Source of the DNA: Candidatus Magasanikiibacteriota bacterium
GTDB lineage: Bacteria > Patescibacteriota > Patescibacteriia > Magasanikbacterales > UBA922
NCBI GenBank assembly: GCA_041665025.1
Contig: JBAYJP010000001.1
Coordinates: 110,555 to 174,554 of the forward strand
Direction of reading: 5' to 3'
Length of the DNA stretch: 64,000 nt
The notes under the pieces are model-generated. The model was not told where the DNA came from, searched no databases, and worked only from the letters and a program-made list of their open reading frames with translations. Numbering within the stretch: the stretch's first letter is position 1; the number at the start of each line of letters is the position of its first letter. The position numbers and the translations under genes are program-made. Below are positions 9,992-19,676 of the stretch, piece by piece.

Positions 9992-10015
9992 AAATCCCCT
10001 CTTCGGGGATTTTTT
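9992..10015. terminator. hairpin aaaatcccctcttcggggatttt (copy 1 of a direct repeat); bidirectional terminator
   Basis: Perfect stem-loop with A-run and T-run flanks between convergent genes. An identical 24-mer recurs at 12722. Confidence 0.65.
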
Positions 10016-10035
10016 ATGTATTATTCTTTTAATAA

Positions 10036-10806
10036 CTAGTCTTTCATTTCCCAATTTTTAAACATCACTAATTCAAGCTTTTTAAAAATTAATAATTCAC
10101 AGATTAACCCTATGGCTGCAATAGTGATGATTCCAGTCAGGACTTGATCTAAATCAAAAGACCACTGCGACATCCAAATATATTTGCCTAGTCCGCCTAC
10201 CCCCGTCACTAACATCTCCGCTCCAATCAGAGATCTCCAACTAGAACCAAAACCCATCCTTAAGCCAATGACTATATTAGGTAAAGCACCCGGAATGACA
10301 ACTTTAAATAATACTCCCATTTTACTCATACCTAAATTCTTAGCTGCTAAAATCCAATGGGGATTAATGTTCTGAATTCCAGTAATCATATTAAGCACTA
10401 TCTTCAAAAAACTAGAAATAAAAACCAATATCCAAACCGACCATTGTGTAAAACCTGTCATAATAATAATCATTGGTAACCAAGCCAATGATGGAATAGG
10501 ATAAAAAAAAGAAATAAGAGGCAATATCATCGATTGTCTAACCTTACTAGTGCCAACAAACAATCCTACTAAAAAAGCAACAATAATAGATAGCAAATAT
10601 GGCGGCAAACAATTCAATAAACTTTTACTTACAATCAGATAGAGAGTACCCTCTTTTAGCAATCTAAAAAAAACAGAAATCACTGCTAAAGGAGAGGGAA
10701 GCAAGTAGGATGGTACCAGTTGCAAATAAGTTATGACACTCCAAGCAGTGAACAGCAAGAGAAATGGAACTAAGGGATAAAATATTTTTTTAATTAATAC
10801 CGTCAT
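10036..10806 (-). CDS. ABC transporter permease (NitT/TauT-SsuC-like family)
   Basis: Six TMs and a binding-protein-dependent permease signature region. The likely start is MTVLIKK; the upstream extension in the ORF track overlaps the SBP gene. Confidence 0.8.
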   Translation of the reverse strand: MTVLIKKIFYPLVPFLLLFTAWSVITYLQLVPSYLLPSPLAVISVFFRLLKEGTLYLIVSKSLLNCLPPYLLSIIVAFLVGLFVGTSKVRQSMILPLISFFYPIPSLAWLPMIIIMTGFTQWSVWILVFISSFLKIVLNMITGIQNINPHWILAAKNLGMSKMGVLFKVVIPGALPNIVIGLRMGFGSSWRSLIGAEMLVTGVGGLGKYIWMSQWSFDLDQVLTGIITIAAIGLICELLIFKKLELVMFKNWEMKD

Positions 10807-11830
10807 ATATCTCTCCTTGGGCATTAAGTAATAAATCCGTAAATTGACCGTCAAAAATATTTTTTTCTGTTAATTTATTTTTTATTGTCTCAGTTTCATA
10901 GCTAATATTAGCTACATCAGAAAACATCGTGGGATTAACCCAAGAGTAAAACTTAATATCACCCCTCTCAATTTTCTCTTGTACGACATCCGGTGTGTAA
11001 TCTATCGCTCCCAAAGTTTCTTTTTTAACAAACTCAGAGAAAGCCTGGCTGGTACCCTGGGGGTTTTCTTTGATATATTTCTGTGTTTCAATTAAAGCAA
11101 GAAGAAATTTACGAATAATAACAGAATTTTTGTTTAGATAATCTTCTTGACTTGAAAAAACCACCATACCGGATGGGTTTTCTGCATAACCTTTCTCAAA
11201 CCATCCAGGAAGTGCCATTACTCTATCCCCATACTGACTATAATCAGAGTCAATGGGTATTATGGCATCAACTGATTTCTTTTCTAACAAAGCAATAGCT
11301 TCGTATGTTTCATCTATGCCAGCAAATTCGATTTTGTTATAATCAAGACCTTCTTTCCTAAGTGCATATTTTAGAGCTAAACCGCGGCCACTATTTCCTC
11401 TTACAGAGACAACTTTCCCTATAATATCTTCCAATTTTTTGATATTACTATCACCACGTACATAAACTCCCATTTTAGAAATTGAAGATGGCGAAAAAGC
11501 TTTAACGGGTACTCCTTTGTCAATAAAACTCAATAAGGTAGTAATACCAATACTAGCAACATCTACTTGGCCAACCGACAAAGCTGTCATAGATTCCGTA
11601 CCTCCCAAGTCAATCAATTTTACATCGAGTCCTTGCTTCAAAAAAAATCCTTTTTCTTGAGCAACGACAATAGGTAGACTGGATATAAGCTGAATATTAT
11701 AGGCAACAGAAATATTATTTATTTTTTCTACTTCATACTTTTTCTCTTTATTCGACACAAAATTCCATGCAAGAAGTATAATTAGACCTATTAAAATAGC
11801 CGAAACTAAAATACAATATATTTTTTTCAT
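10790..11830 (-). CDS. ABC transporter substrate-binding protein (NMT1/SsuA-like)
   Basis: N-terminal TM/signal peptide, periplasmic-binding fold, operonic with the ATPase and permease. Confidence 0.7.
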   Translation of the reverse strand: MKKIYCILVSAILIGLIILLAWNFVSNKEKKYEVEKINNISVAYNIQLISSLPIVVAQEKGFFLKQGLDVKLIDLGGTESMTALSVGQVDVASIGITTLLSFIDKGVPVKAFSPSSISKMGVYVRGDSNIKKLEDIIGKVVSVRGNSGRGLALKYALRKEGLDYNKIEFAGIDETYEAIALLEKKSVDAIIPIDSDYSQYGDRVMALPGWFEKGYAENPSGMVVFSSQEDYLNKNSVIIRKFLLALIETQKYIKENPQGTSQAFSEFVKKETLGAIDYTPDVVQEKIERGDIKFYSWVNPTMFSDVANISYETETIKNKLTEKNIFDGQFTDLLLNAQGEIYDGIN

Positions 11831-11833
11831 ATA

Positions 11834-12628
11834 CTACTTTGTTAAATTAAAATTATACAAGTATGATTTATTAAAGATTTTAAATTCTGAATCAATTTCG
11901 GCTTCGATCTCTTTCATCAGGCGTATAAAAGTTGGGTCATCTACTTGTCGGGGGCGAGCTAAGGATAATTCATACTTTTTCTTGATCACAAAAGGCCGCG
12001 AACTGACTACATAAATAGTATCTGCTAAACAGAGAGCTTCATGAACACTATGGGTTACAAACAAGATTGTTTTATGGTTTCTATCCCAGATTTCCAGCAA
12101 ATTATTCCGTAAATGCCGCCGGGTTTGCGAATCTAGAGCTGAAAATGGTTCATCCATTAACAAAATATCTGGATCCACAACCAGTGACCTGGCAAAAGCC
12201 ACGCGCTGTTTCATGCCGCCTGACAGCTTATATATCGGCCAATCTTTAAACTCCCCTAGTCCAACCATTTCTAAATAATACAAAGCTTTTTTTCTTTTTT
12301 CCTCTTTACTTAGTTCTGAATTAGACAAACCAAATAAAACATTACCAAGAACCGTTTTCCACGGAAAAAGCATGTGGTCTTGAAAAACCATGAGGCGTTC
12401 CGAACTAATAGATTCAACTTTTTTTCCATATGTAAAAATATCACCGGCAGTAGGTGATAAAAAACCAGCAATTAAATACAATAAAACGGTCTTTCCACAA
12501 CCAGACGGTCCTACAATACATACAAATTCTCCATCTCTGACCTTCATATCCACGCTATCTAGCGCACAAAAATTACCGCCAAAGCTTTTTTTAACCCCTA
12601 ATAATTCTAAAGCAGAACTTGATGACAT
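11834..12628 (-). CDS. ABC transporter ATP-binding protein (SsuB/TauB-like)
   Basis: Walker A GPSGCGKT, signature LSGGMKQRVAFARSL, Walker B LLMDEPFSALD. The start is probably MSSSSALELLG. Confidence 0.85.
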   Translation of the reverse strand: MSSSSALELLGVKKSFGGNFCALDSVDMKVRDGEFVCIVGPSGCGKTVLLYLIAGFLSPTAGDIFTYGKKVESISSERLMVFQDHMLFPWKTVLGNVLFGLSNSELSKEEKRKKALYYLEMVGLGEFKDWPIYKLSGGMKQRVAFARSLVVDPDILLMDEPFSALDSQTRRHLRNNLLEIWDRNHKTILFVTHSVHEALCLADTIYVVSSRPFVIKKKYELSLARPRQVDDPTFIRLMKEIEAEIDSEFKIFNKSYLYNFNLTK

Positions 12629-12721
12629 ATCTTCACACAAAAATTCATGATAAATAGTCCACATTGTTATAGCGCAAAAAACCTTTTTTGTCAACTAATG
12701 AAAGGCACTTTTTTAGTACAC

Positions 12722-12750
12722 AAAATCCCCTCTTCGGGGATTTTAATTTT
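12722..12750. terminator. hairpin aaaatcccctcttcggggatttt (copy 2, identical to 9992-10015)
   Basis: Same 24-mer as downstream of the tRNA. It sits between the ABC ATPase start side and the methyltransferase gene end. Confidence 0.6.
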
Positions 12751-13441
12751 TATGTACCACACTTACTATATTTCTCCCTCCTCTAGAATCAGAAAGATAC
12801 GGTTCTTGTTCAAAATATTGTTCATCGATAACAAATCCAGATTCTTCAAACAATTGTTTTAATTCGTCTTCGGTAAAAGAATGATAATATCTATCTCCCA
12901 AAATATTTCCTTGTGGATCACGCCACGGCACAATAAAATCATTGTCCCCTATTTTCGTATATTTTCCTTTTTCGACTTTTTTATTTGCCCAATCGCTTCC
13001 TAAATTCCAATTTTTCATAATAAGTCGCCCATCTTTTTTCAAAACGCGCTTCATTTCACCTAATGCCTTTAGGCGTGTTTCTTTGTCAGGCAAATGGTGA
13101 AATGCGGCAATACAATAGATGATATCAAATGTATTATTCTGAAAAGGAAATGTTTCTGCCATATTTCCCTCAACAAACACCACCTCTGACCACTTTTTAC
13201 GCGCAATAGCGAGTAGTTCTCCACTCAAGTCCATTCCTGTATACGTCACTTGCATTTTATCAAACAGATGGTATAATTTGCCATTCCCGCACCCCAGGTC
13301 TAACATGTTGTCTCCGTCTTTGGTATACTTCACGAGTTCCTTTTCACTTTCTCTCACATATTTTCGCGTATCAGAAAAAAAGGAAGCAATTTTGTTATAA
13401 ATGTCCTTTGTCTGTCTAATTGTATCTTGGGGACTATCCAT
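12743..13441 (-). CDS. class I SAM-dependent methyltransferase
   Basis: Motif I LDLGCGNGKLY with a conserved acidic post-I/post-II arrangement. 232 aa. Confidence 0.8.
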   Translation of the reverse strand: MDSPQDTIRQTKDIYNKIASFFSDTRKYVRESEKELVKYTKDGDNMLDLGCGNGKLYHLFDKMQVTYTGMDLSGELLAIARKKWSEVVFVEGNMAETFPFQNNTFDIIYCIAAFHHLPDKETRLKALGEMKRVLKKDGRLIMKNWNLGSDWANKKVEKGKYTKIGDNDFIVPWRDPQGNILGDRYYHSFTEDELKQLFEESGFVIDEQYFEQEPYLSDSRGGRNIVSVVHKN

Positions 13442-13452
13442 ATTGACAAATT

Positions 13453-13515
13453 AATAGAACACGAATGAAACAAATTCGTCCAAATTAGTTTAATTCGTTA
13501 AATTCGCGTTCTATA
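13453..13515. repeat. palindromic intergenic repeat, family A (aatagaacacg...gaacgaattcgtt...cgtgttctat)
   Basis: Outer inverted repeat aatagaacacg/cgcgttctat. Related copies at 20097, 21477 and 23292, with a partial copy at 49741. Confidence 0.6.
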
Positions 13516-13520
13516 AACCT

Positions 13521-15236
13521 ATGCAAGAGTTAGAAAATATTGTACTACAAATCATTGAAAAGCATCCTAAAACCAAGGATGATTTTAATGAAGCAAAACG
13601 ACAGATTACATCAAAACTCCAGATAAACTCTCCGTCAAACCGAAATCTTATCTCAGCTTATCAAAATTTATTAAAAAAGAAAAGAGTTGTGAAAGACGTG
13701 GGGTTAGAATTTCTCATGCGCAAGGCCGAAATGCGTACTCTTTCTGGTGTAGCCATCATTACGTCCCTAGTCAAGCCATATGCCTGCCCCGGAGACTGCA
13801 TATATTGCCCTACAGAGGTCAAAATGCCCAAAAGCTATATCGCAACCGAACCAGCCGCCGCACGCGCTCTAGCGCTCAAATTTGACCCCTACGAACAAAT
13901 GCGCAGGCGTATTGAGGTATTGGAACAAAACAACCACCCAACAGACAAGATTGAGTTTATTATCAAAGGCGGAACGTGGAATGCGTATCCCCTTTTATAC
14001 CAATACTGGTTCGTACTAAGGTCGTTCCAAGCATGTAACGATTTGTCACGCAAAAATAAAAGATTAAAAGATTATAAAATTAAAAGATTACCGGACAATC
14101 ACAATCTTTCAATCTTTCAATCTTTCAATCTTGAAGATTTGCAAAATCTTTTAAACACCGAACAACAATATAACGATAAAAAAGCACGTCATAAGATTAT
14201 AGGTGTGACCCTCGAAACCCGTCCAGATGCAATCTCTCCAAAAACAATTTATCACATGCGTCAACAAGGATGCACACGCATTGAACTAGGACTTCAAGCA
14301 CCTGATGATAATATTTTAAAACTTATTAAACGCGGACATACGGTTCAACAATTCAAAGATGCGATGTATTTACTAAGGCAAGCTGGATTTAAAGTTGATT
14401 TGCACTTTATGCCCGCATTGCCAGGATCATCTGCAAAACATGATGTCGAAATGTACAAACAATTATTTTCTGATCCAGGATTGAAGCCTGACATGATAAA
14501 AATATACCCATGCACCGTAATAAAAAATACGGAATTATACACATGGCTACAAAATAAAAAATATAAACCATACGACCAAAAAGATCTTTTTGAAAGTATT
14601 ATTCAAATGAAAATAAACACTCCTCGTTATTGCCGTATTTCTCGACTTATTCGCGATATTCCCGCCAATGAAATTGAGGGCGGAAATATCATTACGAACC
14701 TGCGCGAAGCATTGCAAAGTGAAATGAAGAAGCGAGGATTAAAATGTGAATGTTTGAGGTGCAGAGAAGTGGGACATGTGAGCACTTTAGCACGACAGCA
14801 CTTTAGCACTTTAGCACCGAAACCATTTATTGACGTATACGAAACAAATGGAGGAACGGAGTATTTTTTGAGTTTTGAAGATTCAAAGAGACATGTTGTC
14901 TTTGCCTTTCTACGTCTAAGAATACCAAACCAAAGCCCCTCCATTTTTAAGGGAGGGGTTGGGGGTGGGTTGCTCGATCATCTACCTGAAATGAAAAACT
15001 CTGCATTCATTCGTGAGCTTCATACGTATGGCCAACTTCTTGAACTTGGAGAAAAAAATAAATCTGCAAGTCAACACAAAGGCCTTGGCAAAAAACTTGT
15101 GCAAAAAGCAGAAAAAATCGCAAAGAAAAATGGATATACAAAACTTGCAGTGATTTCAGGAGTAGGCGTCCGTGGCTACTACAGAAAATTAGGATACAAA
15201 AAACGAGGAACATACATGGTTAAAAATATAAAATAA
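13521..15236 (+). CDS. elp3: Elp3-like tRNA uridine(34) acetyltransferase (radical SAM + GNAT)
   Basis: Radical SAM cluster motif YACPGDCIYCP, conserved FDPYEQ...IEFIIKGGTWNAYP, and a C-terminal GNAT with HKGLGKKLV. It carries two in-frame low-complexity insertions (14055-14150; 14775-14815). Confidence 0.85.
   Translation: MQELENIVLQIIEKHPKTKDDFNEAKRQITSKLQINSPSNRNLISAYQNLLKKKRVVKDVGLEFLMRKAEMRTLSGVAIITSLVKPYACPGDCIYCPTEVKMPKSYIATEPAAARALALKFDPYEQMRRRIEVLEQNNHPTDKIEFIIKGGTWNAYPLLYQYWFVLRSFQACNDLSRKNKRLKDYKIKRLPDNHNLSIFQSFNLEDLQNLLNTEQQYNDKKARHKIIGVTLETRPDAISPKTIYHMRQQGCTRIELGLQAPDDNILKLIKRGHTVQQFKDAMYLLRQAGFKVDLHFMPALPGSSAKHDVEMYKQLFSDPGLKPDMIKIYPCTVIKNTELYTWLQNKKYKPYDQKDLFESIIQMKINTPRYCRISRLIRDIPANEIEGGNIITNLREALQSEMKKRGLKCECLRCREVGHVSTLARQHFSTLAPKPFIDVYETNGGTEYFLSFEDSKRHVVFAFLRLRIPNQSPSIFKGGVGGGLLDHLPEMKNSAFIRELHTYGQLLELGEKNKSASQHKGLGKKLVQKAEKIAKKNGYTKLAVISGVGVRGYYRKLGYKKRGTYMVKNIK
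14055..14150 (+). repeat. family E repeat (aagattaaaagatt / caatctttcaatctttc) inserted in-frame in elp3
   Basis: It encodes KRLKDYKIKRLPDNHNLSIFQSFNLED. The same word repeat is intergenic at 30287-30420 and in-frame in tsaE and the GT2 at 38285-38335. Confidence 0.6.
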
Positions 15237-15386
15237 CTCCCCTTCTCAGGGAGTTTTAAATTATTCTAATTAACCTAATTGTTCTAATTATTCTAAATAA
15301 TGACTAGGCTTTGTATAATATTTTGAAATTGAGATTTGTTTTAGGTTAATTAGTATAATTAGAATAATTAGTATAATTAAATTCCA

Positions 15387-16565
15387 CTACATTTCCCCGC
15401 CCACCTTCGTCTTTATTTCTTCCTTCAGTTCTTCAACAAACTCATCAATCCTCTCTTTTGAGATCTGTTGCATCACAACCACATGAGCAAGATCACCCTG
15501 CACCGCGAGCTGATGGCGATGAATGAGTGCTTCAGAAGGCCGTTCAAACACAACAGTCGTAGACCACTTATTCAAAAAGCATTTGGGATAATGTATTGCA
15601 ACCAAACTTTCATATAAATATTGAGCGCGTGCGAGGCAGTCGTACACATCCTTTTTAAAACCTTCCACGCCCCGAGACATAAACGCATACCAAGAAATAA
15701 GCGCAGTATGTCCCCCACGTGAACCACTAATGGTACTATCGTGACTTCCGATATATTCTATTTCATGCGAAATTTTGTCTATGTTCTTTTTGCGCGCAAG
15801 CACTATACCATATGGTATCGGAGAACCTATAAATTTATGTCCGGAAATAGCAACACTATCAATTGACTTAGAAAAATTTATAACTGGAGCGTCGGGCTCA
15901 GAAATAAATGGCAAAATTAAACCAGATAGAGCGCCATCGCAATGAATATAATGCTCTTCAATGCCATTTCGTTTCAATACCTCGAGTATTTCGTCAAGAT
16001 TATCAATCGCTCCTTTTACCGTCGTGCCTATGTTGATTACAACAACAGCAGGGCGTTTGCCATGCTGTTGTAAAATCTTTTCAAATTTTGAGACGTTCAT
16101 CTCCCCATTTTCACAAGAAGGTACGATACTATAATCCAATTGCAAAATATGTGCGCTTTTCTTCAATGAATAATGTGCATCTTCAGAAAAATATAATCGC
16201 GCCTTGGGATATAATTCACGAGCCACAAACAATCCATGCATATTGCCCTCCGTACCGCACGATGCGGTATACCCCCAAAATTCTTCGCGGGGTAATTTGT
16301 ATACATCGGCAAGCCAGTACAAAGCCTCGCGTTCAAATTCACGCGCATGCATCTGGTAATTGCATTCATCAAATGGATCGCCTAAATTATTTAAATTATA
16401 TTTAAATAAAGGAAATATAGGCGAATAGTCAAAATCAAAATTGCACGGAAAACCCATGTGCAGTATCGATTTAGCATGTATTTCTTCTTCAAATTTACTA
16501 AGTCGTTCATTTATCTCTTCTGGTGTCATACAAAATTTAAGAAAATATTGCATCAAGTAAAGCAA
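15387..16565 (-). CDS. hdc: PLP-dependent histidine decarboxylase (group II decarboxylase, Gram-negative HDC type)
   Basis: Near-collinear similarity to Morganella/Klebsiella HDC: WGYTASCGTEGNMHG, NIGTTVKGAIDNL, and the PLP lysine SGHKFIGSPIPYGIVLARK. Confidence 0.8.
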   Translation of the reverse strand: MLYLMQYFLKFCMTPEEINERLSKFEEEIHAKSILHMGFPCNFDFDYSPIFPLFKYNLNNLGDPFDECNYQMHAREFEREALYWLADVYKLPREEFWGYTASCGTEGNMHGLFVARELYPKARLYFSEDAHYSLKKSAHILQLDYSIVPSCENGEMNVSKFEKILQQHGKRPAVVVINIGTTVKGAIDNLDEILEVLKRNGIEEHYIHCDGALSGLILPFISEPDAPVINFSKSIDSVAISGHKFIGSPIPYGIVLARKKNIDKISHEIEYIGSHDSTISGSRGGHTALISWYAFMSRGVEGFKKDVYDCLARAQYLYESLVAIHYPKCFLNKWSTTVVFERPSEALIHRHQLAVQGDLAHVVVMQQISKERIDEFVEELKEEIKTKVGGEM

Positions 16566-16747
16566 AAAATAGAAATACTGTCAACACCGCTTATAGACCT
16601 TGCGAGGAAAAAGAAAGATTTATGACTCCCACAATCATTAATAACAGAGCATTAATTTTTAATACAATATTTTTTCTGTCTATTTCTTCTTCTATAATAT
16701 GCGGAAAAAATAAGGAATATGTATGATAAAAAGTATAGAATAATAGA

Positions 16748-18706
16748 TTAACTTTTTTCTAATATCCAGGTGTCAGCAGACTGTTTTCCTTCTCGCTCAA
16801 ATCTTAATATATAATCTCGAGCTGTCCCCGCAGACACTTTTGATCTGGTAAGTCTTCTCAGAAAAAAACACACACGGCTAAGCGCATTTGTCGTATCCGT
16901 ATCCTCAAATCCTTGAAACGAAATGGGCGCGGCTTTTCCAATGCTACTTCTTTCTAATACGGATACGACATGAGCACGAAGTTCTCGATTATTCAAAATT
17001 TCATGAGCACTTATATACTTTTTCTGCATTTCTCTTTTTACATACTCAAGTGCTTCTTCTCTACCGCTGTTAACAAGTTCCCCAATAAATTGTCTACTGA
17101 GTAGTGACGAGATGCGGCCATCAACTTTCAATTCTTGGGTGAGATGATGTCCGACTCTTTGTAAAAAACTGTTAAGCATAACAACACGGTAACCTTCTAT
17201 AGAAAGAGTCACTTTATTTCGGGAATGGACAGGCGCATGGCCAATTTGTTCCCAAATTTTTCTACATAGTTCAGAATCTCTATACAACTCCTCTAATGTA
17301 AGATCTTTTTTCCTAGCTTCATCTTCAATAAATTTTTCAACATGAGCCTCACCGTCTTGCGTAGCTAAAAGACGTATGAATGTAAGCGCTCGTTTTCTAG
17401 ATACTGAACCTCGGGGTAATGTATACCTTTGTTCTATTTCTTTTGCCATGGTATCTAATAATTGACGAGCTTGGGCAGTAGTAGTAGCTCCCTCAATCTT
17501 GATAGGAGAAAGGTCTTCAAAATGCGAAACGATCTTTACACCGGACAATGCTTGTGCAAGGGGTTGACGCATCTCAGGATGCTCCATCAATGTTTCTAAA
17601 CTAATTCTCGTTTTCCCCAAAAATGAATACCAATCCACCCACTCCCCATAGACATGATTGGGATTAGATGGCCAATTAGGATGTTTTTTACTTTCTTGTC
17701 TATATCTTTCTGACCCCATAATAGGAGGGTCACAGCTCCGCACCTCTGCTTGCAACTCCATATAGGTAAGAAATGATGCTTTTTCCTTTTGCCTCTCCTT
17801 TTTCAAAAAATCATACCAATTTGTCCATTCATCTTTATATGTCTCAAATGGTTCCGATGGCCATTGCACATGATTTTTCCGTTCTACTTCATAACTAGAA
17901 CTACTAGTAACCCCGCAGCCCAATACGTCGTGTTGGAGATCAGTGTACGACAAATAGCGAGGCCCTTTTGTCTCCAAAAAATATTTTAGGACAGTCTTCC
18001 ACTCATCAACATTAGAAATCCACTCTATAGGTGTAGCACTGGTTTGCAAAAACTGAACCATGTGCTCTTTGTCCATACCCAAGATATGTGCATTCCACTG
18101 TTCCCTCGTTATATCATGCAAAACAAAGGTGCTATTTCCCTCTTCATTGTTGACTAAAACAATAATATGTTCTTCATCAACGACATATGCTCTATATAGT
18201 TCGTTTCTTCTCATCTTATGTCTCCTTCTAAATTCCTCCTCTGCTTGCGGAGAGGTCTCAAGGATATGATAATCTAAATCTAAACTCTCAAGTACCTGCT
18301 CAAGATATTGATCTCTTGGTATAATTTGCAGTTCCCGTGTTCTTTCAGCGGCACCCGTAATAATTCGTGGATATGCGTTTGGAGGCAAAATAACTTTATC
18401 AATATATTCTACGGGTTTACTCAATGCCAGTTCATGGGCAGCATCTATTAATACACTATCCACGTAGCCTTGCCCTTCCTTATCATATTTATTCATATCA
18501 AAATCCAAATTCATTGTCTCGGCTGCTTCGCCTGGTTCAAGATATGACTGAAAAACAAGAGCTTCCCACTCATGTTTGAGACGTTCAAACCAATATTCTT
18601 CGGGGTCATTAATTTTTTCGATTCTTTGTATTTCTCTTTGCTCTTCTGTTTTTCTTCTATAATTTTCCCTGGTTGAGTTAACTCCAGATGTTACAGACTC
18701 GTTCAT
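16748..18706 (-). CDS. large hypothetical protein with two tandem Trp-rich repeats (WPSxP..Y.EW..WYDFLxK)
   Basis: 652 aa. The repeats are ...HVQWPSEPFETYKDEWTNWYDFLKKE and ...HPNWPSNPNHVYGEWVDWYSFLGK. No confident family assignment. Confidence 0.6.
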   Translation of the reverse strand: MNESVTSGVNSTRENYRRKTEEQREIQRIEKINDPEEYWFERLKHEWEALVFQSYLEPGEAAETMNLDFDMNKYDKEGQGYVDSVLIDAAHELALSKPVEYIDKVILPPNAYPRIITGAAERTRELQIIPRDQYLEQVLESLDLDYHILETSPQAEEEFRRRHKMRRNELYRAYVVDEEHIIVLVNNEEGNSTFVLHDITREQWNAHILGMDKEHMVQFLQTSATPIEWISNVDEWKTVLKYFLETKGPRYLSYTDLQHDVLGCGVTSSSSYEVERKNHVQWPSEPFETYKDEWTNWYDFLKKERQKEKASFLTYMELQAEVRSCDPPIMGSERYRQESKKHPNWPSNPNHVYGEWVDWYSFLGKTRISLETLMEHPEMRQPLAQALSGVKIVSHFEDLSPIKIEGATTTAQARQLLDTMAKEIEQRYTLPRGSVSRKRALTFIRLLATQDGEAHVEKFIEDEARKKDLTLEELYRDSELCRKIWEQIGHAPVHSRNKVTLSIEGYRVVMLNSFLQRVGHHLTQELKVDGRISSLLSRQFIGELVNSGREEALEYVKREMQKKYISAHEILNNRELRAHVVSVLERSSIGKAAPISFQGFEDTDTTNALSRVCFFLRRLTRSKVSAGTARDYILRFEREGKQSADTWILEKS

Positions 18707-18712
18707 ATAAAA

Positions 18713-19609
18713 TTAATGAAATGCGAGTATTATTATAGCACACAACATAAGTACAAGTGCTACTATCTTTAAAAAGACATTTTTCTTATCCAATTCCTCT
18801 TTCAAAATGTGGGGAATAAAAATAGAAAATAATACTGCTATACTAAACACAAAAATAGTCTGCATTCCCTCAAACGCAAAGACAAGAGCGGCAGGTCCAA
18901 GCGATAATGCCCATATATTTATGCCAACGGCTACATAATCTGTTATTGAAAGGGCACATAAAAACAAGCCGAGTTTACTATCTATATGGTGAAACGTTTG
19001 ATTCAAATTGGATCTAAAATTTTTAGAAAAAAATAAAAATACCGAAGACAATAGCATAAAAATAGTCATCCATACAAACGCAAGTAGAAATGGCACAAAT
19101 TGAGTGACGTAACTAAATATCGTCGCATAGGTGGCATATATAACAGATGCAAACATCATCCAAAAAAGCGCCTTTGATAATTTAAAAAAACCTTTGGTAA
19201 TATGTATAGACGCAAGGATAGAACCAAACAGAAGTAGAAAAAAAGCTAAGAGCTGAAAGCCATACAACTTTTGATCTATGAAAATCCATGCGATCACAAA
19301 AGTAAAAATGGGGACAAAATTCCACAGCACATTAACGCGTGAAATCTCTTCCATGCCCAATGCTTTCACATACGGAATAGCACCGTAAAAATAGATAAAT
19401 CCGGTAAATGCAAGCAACAATAAAAACTTTGTTTCTATGACATAAAAATCTATAAACGGAATTATTATAATTACCAAAATACCAAATATCCACCTCAAAA
19501 AAGTAAACACGTAAGGATCTTGTATCCTTTTTTCAACTACATATTTGTCTCCAACATTTGTCCATGCCCACAAAAAATGAGCTCCGGTCTGTAAAAATAC
19601 CCACAACAT
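18713..19609 (-). CDS. polytopic membrane protein (about 10 TM; DMT/EamA-like transporter candidate)
   Basis: Hydrophobicity pattern with two 5-TM halves. Adjacent to the hdc locus. Confidence 0.5.
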   Translation of the reverse strand: MLWVFLQTGAHFLWAWTNVGDKYVVEKRIQDPYVFTFLRWIFGILVIIIIPFIDFYVIETKFLLLLAFTGFIYFYGAIPYVKALGMEEISRVNVLWNFVPIFTFVIAWIFIDQKLYGFQLLAFFLLLFGSILASIHITKGFFKLSKALFWMMFASVIYATYATIFSYVTQFVPFLLAFVWMTIFMLLSSVFLFFSKNFRSNLNQTFHHIDSKLGLFLCALSITDYVAVGINIWALSLGPAALVFAFEGMQTIFVFSIAVLFSIFIPHILKEELDKKNVFLKIVALVLMLCAIIILAFH

Positions 19610-19676
19610 AGGTTATTTGATAGAAGACTTTAAAAATGATAGACTAAATATACTCTAAAAATAGCTTAAAAACAAT

